Shown here piece by piece: positions 14,901-30,500 of a stretch of DNA of 64,000 nucleotides (the first letter of the stretch is position 1; each line of letters opens with the position of its first letter). The stretch is taken from positions 2,604,001 to 2,668,000 of the forward strand of contig OZ059896.1 of assembly GCA_964057225.1 (NCBI GenBank). Direction: 5' to 3'. The translations under genes were made by a program, and so were the position numbers. The notes under the pieces are model-generated. The model saw only the letters and a list, made by a program, of their open reading frames with translations. It was not told where the DNA came from and ran no database searches. Source of the DNA: Auanema rhodensis (taxonomy: Eukaryota > Animalia > Nematoda).

Positions 14901-17890
14901 ACATGGGGATTCTAATTTTGAAAACCGCATCTCTTTATCTTTCACGTGAAGCGAGTTACATACCTAGTGCACATCACGTGTACATTTAATTAGCATAAAT
15001 TAAAGTTCACGTAAATTTCAAAGTCATGGTTACCATGAACCAATATCAATAAAAATTTGTTTTTAGACTAATTTGGACATGGGGATTCTAATTTTGAAAA
15101 CCGCATCTCTTTATCTTTCACGTGAAGCGAGTTACATACCTAGTGCACATCACGTGTACATTTAATTAGCATAAATTAAAGTTCACGTAAATTTCAAAGT
15201 CATGGTTACCATGAACCAATATCAATAAAAATTTGTTTTTAAACTAATATGGACATGGGGAATCTAATTTTGAAAACCGCATCTCTTTATCTTTCACGTG
15301 AAGCGAGTTACATACCTAGTGCACATCACGTGTACATTTAATTAGCATAAATTAAAGTTCACGTAAATTTCAAAGTCATGGTTACCATGAACCAATATCA
15401 ATAAAAATTTGTTTTTAAACTAATATGGACATGGGGAATTTAATTTTGAAAACCGCATCTCTTTATCTTTCACGTGAAGCGAGTTACATACCTAGTGCAC
15501 ATCACGTGTACATTTAATTAGCATAAATTAAAGTTCACGTAAATTTCAAAGTCATGGTTACCATGCACCAATATCAATAAAAGTTTGTTTTTAGACTAAT
15601 ATGGACATGGGGAATCTAATTTTGAGAACCGCATCTCTTTATCTTTCACGTGAAGCGAGTTACATATAAAGTGCACATCACGTGTACATTTAATTAGCAT
15701 AAATTAAAGTTCTCGTAAATTTCAAAGTCATGGTTACCATGAACCAATATCAATAAAAATTTGTTTTTAGACTAATATGGACATGGGGAATCTAATTTTG
15801 AAAACCGCATCTCTTTATCTTTCACGTGAAGCGAGTTACATACCAAGTGCACATCACGTGTACATTTAATTAGCATAAGTTGAAGTTCACGTAAATTTCA
15901 AAGTCATGGTTACCATGAACCAATATCAATAAAAATTTGTTTTTAAACTAATATGGACATGGGGAATCTAATTTTGAAAACCGCATCTCTTTATCTTTCA
16001 CGTGAAGCGAGTTACATACCAAGTGCACATCACGTGTACATTTAATTAGCATAAATTAAAGTTCACGTAAATTTCAAAGTCATGGTTACCATGAACCAAT
16101 ATCAATAAAAATTTGTTTTTAGACTAATTTGGACATGGGGATTCTAATTTTGAAAACCGCATCTCTTTATCTTTCACGTGAAGCGAGTTACATACCTAGT
16201 GCACATCACGTGTACATTTAATTAGCATAAATTAAAGTTCACGTAAATTTCAAAGTCATGGTTACCATGAACCAATATCAATAAAAATTTGTTTTTAAAC
16301 TAATATGGACATGGGGAATCTAATTTTGAAAACCGCATCTCTTTATCTTTCACGTGAAGCGAGTTACATACCTAGTGCACATCACGTGTACATTTAATTA
16401 GCATAAATTAAAGTTCACGTAAATTTCAAAGTCATGGTTACCATGAACCAATATCAATAAAAATTTGTTTTTAAACTAATATGGACATGGGGAATCTAAT
16501 TTTGAAAACCGCATCTCTTTATCTTTCACGTGAAGCGAGTTACATACCTAGTGCACATCACGTGTACATTTAATTAGCATAAATTAAAGTTCACGTAAAT
16601 TTCAAAGTCATGGTTACCATGCACCAATATCAATAAAAGTTTGTTTTTAGACTAATATGGACATGGGGAATCTAATTTTGAGAACCGCATCTCTTTATCT
16701 TTCACGTGAAGCGAGTTACATATAAAGTGCACATCACGTGTACATTTAATTAGCATAAATTAAAGTTCACGTAAATTTCAAAGTCATGGTTACCATGAAC
16801 CAATATCAATAAAAATTTGTTTTTAGACTAATATGGACATGGGGAATCTAATTTTGAAAACCGCATCTCTTTATCTTTCACGTGAAGCGAGTTACATACC
16901 AAGTGCACATCACGTGTACATTTAATTAGCATAAATTAAAGTTCACGTAAATTTCAAAGTCATGGTTACCATGAACCAATATCAATAAAAATTTGTTTTT
17001 AAACTAATATGGACATGGGGAATCTAATTTTGAAAACCGCATCTCTTTATCTTTCACGTGAAGCGAGTTACATACCTAGTGCACATCACGTGTACATTTA
17101 ATTAGCATAAATTAAAGTTCACGTAAATTTCAAAGTCATGGTTACCATGCACCAATATCAATAAAAGTTTGTTTTTAGACTAATATGGACATGGGGAATC
17201 TAATTTTGAGAACCGCATCTCTTTATCTTTCACGTGAAGCGAGTTACATATAAAGTGCACATCACGTGTACATTTAATTAGCATAAATTAAAGTTCACGT
17301 AAATTTCAAAGTCATGGTTACCATGAACCAATATCAATAAAAATTTGTTTTTAGACTAATATGGACATGGGGAATCTAATTTTGAAAACCGCATCTCTTT
17401 ATCTTTCACGTGAAGCGAGTTACATACCAAGTGCACATCACGTGTACATTTAATTAGCATAAGTTGAAGTTCACGTAAATTTCAAAGTCATGGTTACCAT
17501 GAACCAATATCAATAAAAATTTGTTTTTAAACTAATATGGACATGGGGAATCTAATTTTGAAAACCGCATCTCTTTATCTTTCACGTGAAGCGAGTTACA
17601 TACCAAGTGCACATCACGTGTACATTTAATTAGCATAAATTAAAGTTCACGTAAATTTCAAAGTCATGGTTACCATGCACCAATATTAATAAAAATTTGT
17701 TTTTAGACTAATATGGACATGGGGAATCTAATTTTGAAAACCGCATCTCTTTATCTTTCAAGTGAAGCGAGTTACATACCAAGTGCACATCACGTGTACA
17801 CTTAATTAGCATAAATTAAAGTTCACGTAAATTTCAAAGTCATGGTTACCATGAACCAATATCAATAAAAATTCGTTTTTAAACTAATGT
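11910..17890 (+). repeat. Tandem duplication of a 17-monomer (2,992-bp) unit
   Basis: Private variant pairs lie exactly 2,992 bp apart: GGAATTTA 12448/15440, TTCTCGT 12721/15713 and ATTCGTT 14882/17874. Boundaries are approximate. Confidence 0.9.
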
Positions 17891-20800
17891 GGACATGGGG
17901 AATCTAATTTTGAAAACCGCATCTCTTTATCTTTCACGTGAAGCGAGTTACATACCAAGTGCACATCACGTGTACATTTAATTAGCATAAATTAAAGTTC
18001 ACGTAAATTTCAAAGTCATGGTTACCATGCACCAATATTAATAAAAATTTGTTTTTAGACTAATATGGACATGGGGAATCTAATTTTGAAAACCGCATCT
18101 CTTTATCTTTCAAGTGAAGCGAGTTACATACCAAGTGCACATCACGTGTACACTTAATTAGCATAAATTAAAGTTCACGTAAATTTCAAAGTCATGGTTA
18201 CCATGCACCAATATCAATGAAAATTTGTTTTTAGACTAATATGGACATGGGGAATCTAATTTTGAAAACCGCATCTCTTTATCTTTCAAGTGAAGCGAGT
18301 TACATACCAAGTGCACATCACGTGTACATTTAATTAGCATAAATTAAAGTTCACGTAAATTTCAAAGTCATGGTTACCATGAACCAATATCAATAAAAAT
18401 TTGTTTTTAAACTAATATGGACATGGGGATTCTAATTTTGAAAACCGCATCTCTTTATCTTTCACGTGAAGCGAGTTACATATAAAGTGCACATCACGTG
18501 TACATTTAATTAGCATAAATTAAAGTTCACGTAAAATTCAAAGTCATGGTTACCATGAACCAATATCAATAAAAATTTGTTTTTAAACTAATATGGACAT
18601 GGGGAATCTAATTTTGAAAACCGCATCTCTTTATCTTTCACGTGAAGCGAGTTACATACCTAGTGCACATCACGTGTACATTTAATTAGCATAAATTAAA
18701 GTTCACGTAAATTTCAAAGTCATGGTTACCATGAACCAATATCAATAAAAATTTGTTTTTAGACTAATATGGACATGGGGAATCTAATTTTGAAAACCGC
18801 ATCTCTTTATCTTTCACGTGAAGCGAGTTACATATAAAGTGCACATCACGTGTACATTTAATTAGCATAAATTAAAGTTCACGTAAATTTCAAAGTCATG
18901 GTTACCATGCACCAATATTAATAAAAATTGGTTTTTAGACTAATATGGACATGGGGAATCTAATTTTGAAAACTGAATCTCTTTATCTTTCACGTGAAGC
19001 GAGTTACATACCAAGTGCACATCACGTGTACACTTAATTAGCATAAATTAAAGTTCACGTTAATTTCAAAGTCATGGTTACCATGAACCAATATCAATAA
19101 AAACTTGTTTTTAGACTAATATGGACATGGGGAATCTAATTTTGAAAACCGCATCTCTTTATTTTTCACGTGAAGCGAGTTACATATAAAGTGCACATCA
19201 CGTGTACATTTAATTAGCATAAATTAAAGTTCACGTAAATTTCAAAGTCATGGTTACCATGCACCAATATTAATAAAAATTTGTTTTTAGACTAATATGG
19301 ACATGGGGAATCTAATTTTGAAAACCGCATCTTTTTATCTTTCACGTGAAGCGAGTTACATACCAAGTGCACATCACGTGTACACTAAATTAGCATAAAT
19401 TAAAGTTCACGTTAATTTCAAAGTCATGGTTACCATGCACCAATATCAATAAAAATTTGTTTTTAGACTAATTTGGACATGGGGAATCTAATTTTGAAAA
19501 CCGCATCTCTTTATCTTTCACGTGAGGCGAGTTACATACCAAGTGCACATCACGTGTACATTTAATTAGCATAAATTAAAGTTCACGTAAATTTCAAAGT
19601 CATGGTTACCATGAACCAATATCAATAAAAATTTGTTTTTAGACTAATATGGACATGGGGAATCTAATTTTGAAAACCGCATCTCTTTATCTTTCAAGTG
19701 AAGCGAGTTACATACCAAGTGCACATCACGTGTACATTTAATTAGCATAAATTAAAGTTCACGTAAATTTCAAATTCATGGTTACCATGAACCAATATCA
19801 ATAAAAATTTGTTTTTCAACTAATATGGACATGGGGATTCTAATTTTGAAAACCGCATCTCTTTATCTTTCACGTGAAGCGAGTTACATACCTAGTGCAC
19901 ATCACGTGTACATTTAATTAGCATAAATTAAAGTTCACGTAAATTTCAAATTCATGGTTACCATGAACCAATATCAATAAAAATTTGTTTTTAAACTAAT
20001 ATGGACATGGGGAATCTAATTTTGAAAACCGCATCTCTTTATCTTTCACGTGAAGCGAGTTACATACCAAGTGCACATCAAGTGTACATTTAATTAGCAT
20101 AAATTAAAGTTCACGTAAATTTCAAATTCATGGTTACCATGAACCAATATCAATAAAAATTTGTTTTTAAACTAATATGGACATGGGGATTCTAATTTTG
20201 AAAACCGCATCTCTTTATCTTTCACGTGAAGCGAGTTACATACCTAGTGCACATCACGTGTACATTTAATTAGCATAAATTAAAGTTCACGTAAATTTCA
20301 AAGTCATGGTTACCATGCACCAATATTAATAAAAATTTGTTTTTAGACTAATATGGACATGGGGAATCTAATTTTGAAAACCGCATCTTTTTATCTTTCA
20401 CGTGAAGCGAGTTACATACCAAGTGCACATCACGTGTACACTAAATTAGCATAAATTAAAGTTCACGTTAATTTCAAAGTCATGGTTACCATGCACCAAT
20501 ATCAATAAAAATTTGTTTTTAGACTAATTTGGACATGGGGATTCTAATTTTGAAAACCGCATCTCTTTATCTTTCACGTGAAGCGAGTTACATACCTAGT
20601 GCACATCACGTGTACATTTAATTAGCATAAATTAAAGTTCACGTAAATTTCAAAGTCATGGTTACCATGAACCAATATCAATAAAAATTTGTTTTTAGAC
20701 TAATTTGGACATGGAGAATCCATTTTTGAAAACCGCATCTCTTTATCTTCCACGTGAAGCGAGTTACATACCAAGTGCACATCACGTGTACATTTAATTA

Positions 20801-23800
20801 GCATAAATTAAAGTTCACGTAAATTTCAAACTCATGGTTACCATGCACCAATATCAATAAAAATTTGTTTTCAAACTAATATGGACATGGGGATTCTAAT
20901 TTTGAAAACCGCATCTCTTTATCTTTCACGTGAAGCGAGTTACATACCAAGTGCACATCACGTGTACATTTAATTAGCATAAATTAAAGTTCACGTAAAT
21001 TTCAAAGTCATGGTTACCATGAACCAATATCAATAAAAATTTGTTTTTAGACTAATTTGGACATGGAGAATCCATTTTTGAAAACCGCATCTCTTTATCT
21101 CCCACGTGAAGCGAGTTACATACCAAGTGCACATCACGTGTACATTTAATTAGCATAAATTAAAGTTCACGTAAAATTCAAAGTCATGGTTACCATGCAC
21201 CAATATCAATAAAATTTTGTTTTTAGACTAATATGGACATGGGGAATCTAATTTTGAAAACCGCATCTTTTTATCTTTCACGTGAAGCGAGTTACATACC
21301 AAGTGCACATCACGTGTACATTTAATTAGCATAAATTAAAGTTCACGTAAATTTCAAATTCATGGTTACCATGAACCAATATCAATAAAAATTTGTTTTT
21401 AGACTAATTTGGACATGGGGAATCTAATTTTGAAAACCGCATCTCTTTATCTTTCAAGTGAAGCGAGTTACATACCAAGTGCACATCACGTGTACATTTA
21501 ATTAGCATAAATTAAAGTTCACGTAAATTTCAAATTCATGGTTACCATGAACCAATATCAATAAAAATTTGTTTTTAGACTAATTTGGACATGGGGAATC
21601 TAATTTTGAAAACCGCATCTCTTTATCTTTCAAGTGAAGCGAGTTACATACCAAGTGCACATCACGTGTACATTTAATTAGCATAAATTAAAGTTCACGT
21701 AAATTTCAAATTCATGGTTACCATGAACCAATATCAATAAAAATTTGTTTTTAAACTAATATGGACATGGGGAATCTAATTTTGAAAACCGCATCTCTTT
21801 ATCTTTCACGTGAAGCGAGTTACATACCTAGTGCACATCACGTGTACATTTAATTAGCATAAATTAAAGTTCACGTAAATTTCAAATTCATGGTTACCAT
21901 GAACCAATATTAATAAAAATATGTTTTTAGACTAATATGGACATGGGGAATCTAATTTTGGTAAACCGCATCTTTTTATCTTTCACGTGAAGCGAGTTAC
22001 ATACCAAGTGCACATCACGTGTACATTTAATTAGCATAAATTAAAGTTCACGTAAATTTCAAACTCATGGTTACCATGCACCAATATCAATAAAAATTTG
22101 TTTTTAGACTAATATGGACATGGAGAATCTAATTTTGAAAACCGCATCTCTTATCTTCCACGTGAAGCGAGTTACATACCAAGTGCACATCACGTGTACA
22201 TTTAATTAGCATAAATTAAAGTTCACGTAAATTTCAAATTCATGGTTACCATGAACCAATATCAATAAAAATTTGTTTTTAGACTAATTTGGACATGGGG
22301 AATCTAATTTTGAAAACCGCATCTCTTTATCTTTCAAGTGAAGCGAGTTACATACCAAGTGCACATCACGTGTACATTTAATTAGCATAAATTAAAGTTC
22401 ACGTAAATCTCAAATTCATGGTTACCATGAACCAATATCAATAAAAATTTGTTTTTAAACTAATATGGACATGGGGAATCTAATTTTGAAAACCGCATCT
22501 CTTTATCTTTCACGTGAAGCGAGTTACATACCTAGTGCACATCACGTGTACATTTAATTAGCATAAATTAAAGTTCACGTAAATTTCAAATTCATGGTTA
22601 CCATGAACCAATATCAATAAAAATATGTTTTTAGACTAATTTGGACATGGGGAATCTAATTTTGAAAACCGCATCTCTTTATCTTTCACGTGAAGCGAGT
22701 TACATATAAAGTGCACATCACGTGTACATTTAATTAGCATAAATTAAAGTTCACGTAAATTTCAAAGTCATGGTTACCATGCACCAATATTAATAAAAAT
22801 TTGTTTTTAGACTAATATGGACATGGGGAATCTAATTTTGAAAACCGCATCTTTTTATCTTTCACGTGAAGCGAGTTACATACCAAGTGCACATCACGTG
22901 TACACTAAATTAGCATAAATTAAAGTTCACGTTAATTTCAAAGTCATGGTTACCATGCACCAATATCAATAAAAATTTGTTTTTAGACTAATTTGGACAT
23001 GGGGAATCTAATTTTGAAAACCGCATCTCTTTATCTTTCACGTGAGGCGAGTTACATACTAAGTGCACATCACGTGTACATTTAATTAGCATAAATTAAA
23101 GTTCACGTAAATTTCAAAGTCATGGTTACCATGAACCAATATCAATAAAAATTTGTTTTTAGACTAATATGGACATGGGGAATCTAATTTTGAAAACCGC
23201 ATCTCTTTATCTTTCAAGTGAAGCGAGTTACATACCAAGTGCACATCACGTGTACATTTAATTAGCATAAATTAAAGTTCACGTAAATTTCAAATTCATG
23301 GTTACCATGAACCAATATCAATAAAAATTTGTTTTTAAACTAATATGGACATGGGGATTCTAATTTTGAAAACCGCATCTCTTTATCTTTCAAGTGAAGC
23401 GAGTTACATACCTAGTGCACATCACGTGTACATTTAATTAGCATAAATTAAAGTTCACGTAAATTTCAAAGTCATGGTTACCATGAACCAATATCAATAA
23501 AAATTTGTTTTTAGACTAATATGGACATGGGGAATCTAATTTTGAAAACCGCATCTCTTTATCTTTCACGTGAAGCGAGTTACATACCTAGTGCACATCA
23601 CGTGTACATTTAATTAGCATAAATTAAAGTTCACGTAAATTTCAAATTCATGGTTACCATGAACCAATATCAATAAAAATTTGTTTTTAAACTAATATGG
23701 ACATGGGGATTCTAATTTTGAAAACCGCATCTCTTTATCTTTCACGTGAAGCGAGTTACATACCTAGTGCACATCACGTGTACATTTAATTAGCATAAAT

Positions 23801-24638
23801 TAAAGTTCACGTAAATTTCAAAGTCATGGTTACCATGAACCAATATCAATAAAAATTTGTTTTTAGACTAATATGGACATGGGGAATCTAATTTTGAAAA
23901 CCGCATCTTTTTATTTTTCACGTGAAGCGAGTTACATACCAAGTGCACATCACGTGTACACTAAATTAGCATAAATTAAAGTTCACGTTAATTTCAAAGT
24001 CATGGTTACCATGCACCAATATCAATAAAAATTTGTTTTTAGACTAATTTGGACATGGGAAATCTAATTTTGAAAACCGCATCTTTTTATCTTTCACGTG
24101 AAGCGAGTTACATACCAAGTGCACATCACGTGTACACTAAATTAGCATAAATTAAAGTTCACGTAAATTTCAAAGTCATGGTTACCATGCACCAATATCA
24201 ATAAAAATTTGTTTTTAGACTAATATGGACATGGAGAATCCATTTTTGAAAACCGCATCTCTTTATCTTCCACGTGAAGCGAGTTACATACCAAGTGCAC
24301 ATCACGTGTACATTTAATTAGCATAAATTAAAGTTCACGTAAATTTCAAACTCATGGTTACCATGCACCAATATCAATAAAAATTTGTTTTCAAACTAAT
24401 ATGGACATGGGGATTCTAATTTTGAAAACCGCATCTCTTTATCTTTCACGTGAAGCGAGTTACATACCAAGTGCACATCACGTGTACATTTAATTAGCAT
24501 AAATTAAAGTTCACGTAAAATTCAAAGTCATGGTTACCATGCACCAATATCAATAAAATTTTGTTTTTAGACTAATATGGACATGGGGAATCTAATTTTA
24601 AAAACCGCATCTTTTTATCTTTCACGTGAAGCGAGTTA

Positions 24639-24794
24639 CATACCAAGTGCACATCACGTGTACACTTAATTAGCATAAATTAAAGTTCACGTAAATTTCA
24701 AACTCATGGTTACCATGCACCAATATCAATAAAAATTTGTTTTTAGACTAATTTTGAAAATCGCATCTCTTTATCTTTCACGTGAGGCGAGTTA
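24639..24794 (+). repeat. Shortened 156-bp monomer (20-bp internal deletion)
   Basis: It reads TTAGACTAATTTTGAAAATCGC and lacks the GGACATGGGGAAT segment. Monomer starts at 24639 and 24795 are 156 bp apart. Confidence 0.95.
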
Positions 24795-25479
24795 CATACC
24801 AAGTGCACATCACGTGTACATTTAATTAGCATAAATTAAAGTTCACGTAAATTTCAAAGTCATGGTTACCATGAACCAATATCAATAAAAATTTGTTTTT
24901 AGACTAATATGGACATGGGGAATCTAATTTTGAAAACCGCATCTCTTTATCTTTCAAGTGAAGCGAGTTACATACCAAGTGCACATCACGTGTACATTTA
25001 ATTAGCATAAATTAAAGTTCACGTAAATTTCAAATTCATGGTTACCATGAACCAATATCAATAAAAATTTGTTTTCAAACTAATATGGACATGGGGATTC
25101 TAATTTTGAAAACCGCATCTCTTTATCTTTCACGTGAAGCGAGTTACATACCTAGTGCACATCACGTGTACATTTAATTAGCATAAATTAAAGTTCACGT
25201 AAATTTCAAAGTCATGGTTACCATGAACCAATATCAATAAAAATTTGTTTTTAGACTAATTTGGACATGGGGAATCTAATTTTGAAAACCGCATCTCTTT
25301 ATCTTTCAAGTGAAGCGAGTTACATACCAAGTGCACATCACGTGTACATTTAATTAGCATAAATTAAAGTTCACGTAAATTTCAAAGTCATGGTTACCAT
25401 GAACCAATATCAATAAAAATTTGTTTTTAAACTAATATGGACATGGGGAATCTAATTTTGAAAACCGCATCTCTTTATC

Positions 25480-27580
25480 TTTCACGTGAAACGAGTTACA
25501 TATAAAGTGCACATCACGTGTACATTTAATTAGCATAAATTAAAGTTCACGTAAATTTCAAAGTCATGGTTACCATGCACCAATATCAATAAAAATTTGT
25601 TTTTAGACTAATATGGACATGGGGAATCTAATTTTGAAAACCGCATCTCTTTATCTTTCACGTGAAGCGAGTTACATACCAAGTGCACATCACGTGTACA
25701 CTTAATTAGCATAAATTAAAGTTCACGTAAATTTCAAAGTCATGGTTACCATGAACCAATATCAATAAAAATTTGTTTTTAGACTAATATGGACATGGGG
25801 AATCTAATTTTGAAAACTGCATCTCTTTATCTTTCACGTGAAGCGAGTTACATACCAAGTGCACATCACGTGTACACTTAATTAGCATAAATTAAAGTTC
25901 ACGTAAATTTCAAAGTCATGGTTACCATGAACCAATATCAATAAAAATTTGTTTTTAGACTAATATGGACATGGGGAATCTAATTTTAAAACTGCATCTC
26001 TTTATCTTTCAAGTGAAGCGAGTTACATACCAAGTGCACATCACGTGTACATTTAATTAGCATAAATTAAAGTTCACGTAAATTTCAAAGTCATGGTTAC
26101 CATGAACCAATATCAATAAAAATTTGTTTTTAAACTAACATGGACATGGGGAATCTAATTTTGAAAACCGCATCTCTTTATCTTTCACGTGAAGCGAGTT
26201 ACATACCTAGTGCACATCACGTGTACATTTAATTAGCATAAATTAAAGTTCACGTAAATTTCAAAGTCATGGTTACCATGAACCAATATCAATAAAAATT
26301 TGTTTTTAGACTAATAGGGACATGGGGAATCTAATTTTGAAAACCGCATCTCTTTATCTTTCACGTGAAACGAGTTACATATAAAGTGCACATCACGTGT
26401 ACATTTAATTAGCATAAATTAAAGTTCACGTAAATTTCAAAGTCATGGTTACCATGCACCAATATTAATAAAAATTTGTTTTTAGACTAATATGGACATG
26501 GGGAATCTAATTTTGAAAACCGCATCTCTTTATCTTTCACGTGAAGCGAGTTACATACCAAGTGCACATCACGTGTACACTTAATTAGCATAAATTAAAG
26601 TTCACGTAAATTTCAAAGTCATGGTTACCATGAACCAATATCAATAAAAATTTGTTTTTAGACTAATATGGACATGGGGAATCTAATTTTGAAAACTGCA
26701 TCTCTTTATCTTTCACGTGAAGCGAGTTACATACCAAGTGCACATCACGTGTACACTTAATTAGCATAAATTAAAGTTCACGTAAATTTCAAAGTCATGG
26801 TTACCATGAACCAATATCAATAAAAATTAGTTTTTAGACTAATATGGACATGGGGAATCTAATTTTAAAACTGCATCTCTTTATCTTTCAAGTGAAGCGA
26901 GTTACATACCAAGTGCACATCACGTGTACATTTAATTAGCATAAATTAAAGTTCACGTAAATTTCAAAGTCATGGTTACCATGAACCAATATCAATAAAA
27001 ATTTGTTTTTAAACTAACATGGACATGGGGAATCTAATTTTGAAAACCGCATCTCTTTATCTTTCACGTGAAGCGAGTTACATACCTAGTGCACATCACG
27101 TGTACATTTAATTAGCATAAATTAAAGTTCACGTAAATTTCAAAGTCATGGTTACCATGAACCAATATCAATAAAAATTTGTTTTTAGACTAATAGGGAC
27201 ATGGGGAATCTAATTTTGAAAACCGCATCTCTTTATCTTTCACGTGAAACGAGTTACATATAAAGTGCACATCACGTGTACATTTAATTAGCATAAATTA
27301 AAGTTCACGTAAATTTCAAAGTCATGGTTACCATGCACCAATATTAATAAAAATTTGTTTTTAGACTAATATGGACATGGGGAATCTAATTTTGAAAACC
27401 GCATCTCTTTATCTTTCACGTGAAGCGAGTTACATACCAAGTGCACATCACGTGTACACTTAATTAGCATAAATTAAAGTTCACGTAAATTTCAAAGTCA
27501 TGGTTACCATGAACCAATATCAATAAAAATTTGTTTTTAGACTAATATGGACATGGGGAATCTAATTTTGAAAACTGCAT
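25480..27580 (+). repeat. Tandem 5-monomer unit of 879 bp that carries a 1-bp deletion (~2.4 copies)
   Basis: The GTGAAACGAG variant is at 25491, 26370 and 27249 (879-bp steps). A shared 1-bp deletion (TTTTAAAACTGC) is at ~25988 and ~26867. The CTAACATGG and CTAATAGGG variants are each present in two copies. Confidence 0.88.
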
Positions 27581-30500
27581 CTCTTTATCTTTCACGTGAA
27601 GCGAGTTACATACCAAGTGCACATCACGTGTACATTTAATTAGCATAAATTAAAGTTCATGTAAATTTCAAAGTCATGGTTACCATGCACCAATATCAAT
27701 AAAAGTTTGTTTTTAGACTAATATGGACATGGGGAATCTAATTTTGAGAACCGCATCTCTTTATCTTTCACGTGAAGCGAGTTACATATAAAGTGCACAT
27801 CACGTGTACATTTAATTAGCATAAATTAAAGTTCACGTAAGTTTCAAAGTCATGGTTACCATGAACCAATATCAATAAAAATTTGTTTTTAGACTAATAT
27901 GGACATGGGGAATCTAATTTTGAAAACCGCATCTCTTTATCTTTCACGTGAAGCGAGTTACATACCAAGTGCACATCACGTGTACATTTAATTAGCATAA
28001 ATTAAAGTTCACGTAAATTTCAAAGTCATGGTTACCATGAACCAATATCAATAAAAATTTGTTTTTAAACTAATATGGACATGGGGAATCTAATTTTTAA
28101 AACCGCATTTCTTTATCTTTCAAGTGAAGCGAGTTACATACCAAGTGCACATCACGTGTACATTTAATTAGCATAAATTAAAGTTCACGTAAATTTCAAA
28201 GTCATGGTTACCATGAACCAATATCAATAAAAATTTGTTTTCAAACTAATATGGACATGGGGATTCTAATTTTGAAAACCGCATCTCTTTATCTTTCACG
28301 TGAAGCGAGTTACATACCTAGTGCACATCACGTGTACATTTAATTAGCATAAATTAAAGTTCACGTAAATTTCAAAGTCATGGTTACCATGAACCAATAT
28401 CAATAAAAATTTGTTTTTAGACTAATTTGGACATGGGGAATCTAATTTTGAAAACCGCATCTCTTTATCTTTCAAGTGAAGCGAGTTACATACCAAGTGC
28501 ACATCACGTGTACATTTAATTAGCATAAATTAAAGTTCACGTAAATTTCAAAGTCATGGTTACCATGAACCAATATCAATAAAAATTTGTTTTTAAACTA
28601 ATATGGACATGGGGAATCTAATTTTGAAAACCGCATCTCTTTATCTTTCACGTGAAGCGAGTTACATACCTAGTGCACATCACGTGTACATTTAATTAGC
28701 ATAAGTCAAAGTTCACGTAAATTTCAAAGTCATGGTTACCATGAACCAATATCGATAAAAATTTGTTTTCAGACTAATATGGACATGGGGAATCTAATTT
28801 TGAAAACCGCATCTCTTTATCTTTCACGTGAAGCGAGTTACATATAAAGTGCACATCACGTGTACATTTAATTAGCATAAATTAAAGTTCACGTAAATTT
28901 CAAAGTCATGGTTACCATGAACCAATATCAATAAAAATTTGTTTTTAAACTAATATGGACATGGGGATTCTAATTTTGAAAACCGCATCTCTTTATCTTT
29001 CACGTGAAGCGAGTTACATACCTAGTGCACATCACGTGTACATTTAATTAGCATAAATTAAAGTTCACGTAAATTTCAAAGTCATGGTTACCATGAACCA
29101 ATATCAATAAAAATTTGTTTTTAGACTAATTTGGACATGGGGATTCTAATTTTGAAAACCGCATCTCTTTATCTTTCACGTGAAGCGAGTTACATACCTA
29201 GTGCACATCACGTGTACATTTAATTAGCATAAATTAAAGTTCACGTAAATTTCAAAGTCATGGTTACCATGAACCAATATCAATAAAAATTTGTTTTTAA
29301 ACTAATATGGACATGGGGAATCTAATTTTGAAAACCGCATCTCTTTATCTTTCACGTGAAGCGAGTTACATACCTAGTGCACATCACGTGTACATTTAAT
29401 TAGCATAAATTAAAGTTCACGTAAATTTCAAAGTCATGGTTACCATGCACCAATATCAATAAAAGTTTGTTTTTAGACTAATATGGACATGGGGAATCTA
29501 ATTTTGAGAACCGCATCTCTTTATCTTTCACGTGAAGCGAGTTACATATAAAGTGCACATCACGTGTACATTTAATTAGCATAAATTAAAGTTCACGTAA
29601 ATTTCAAAGTCATGGTTACCATGAACCAATATCAATAAAAATTTGTTTTTAGACTAATATGGACATGGGGAATCTACTTTTGAAAACCGCATCTCTTTAT
29701 CTTTCACGTGAAGCGAGTTACATACCAAGTGCACATCACGTGTACATTTAATTAGCATAAATTAAAGTTCACGTAAATTTCAAAGTCATGGTTACCATGA
29801 ACCAATATCAATAAAAATTTGTTTTTAAACTAATATGGACATGGGGAATCTAATTTTGAAAACCGCATCTCTTTATCTTTCAAGTGAAGCGAGTTACATA
29901 CCAAGTGCACATCACGTGTACATTTAATTAGCATAAATTAAAGTTCACGTAAATTTCAAAGTCATGGTTACCATGAACCAATATCAATAAAAATTTGTTT
30001 TCAAACTAATATGGACATGGGGATTCTAATTTTGAAAACCGCATCTCTTTATCTTTCACGTGAAGCGAGTTACATACGTAGTGCACATCACGTGTACATT
30101 TAATTAGCATAAATTAAAGTTCACGTAAATTTCAAAGTCATGGTTACCATGAACCAATATCAATAAAAGTTTGTTTTTAGACTAATTTGGACATGGGGAA
30201 TCTAATTTTGAAAACCGCATCTCTTTATCTTTCAAGTGAAGCGAGTTACATACCAAGTGCACATCACGTGTACATTTAATTAGCATAAATTAAAGTTCAC
30301 GTAAATTTCAAAGTCATGGTTACCATGAACCAATATCAATAAAAATTTGTTTTTAAACTAATATGGACATGGGGAATCTAATTTTGAAAACCGCATCTCT
30401 TTATCTTTCACGTGAAGCGAGTTACATACCTAGTGCACATCACGTGTACATTTAATTAGCATAAGTTGAAGTTCACGTAAATTTCAAAGTCATGGTTACC

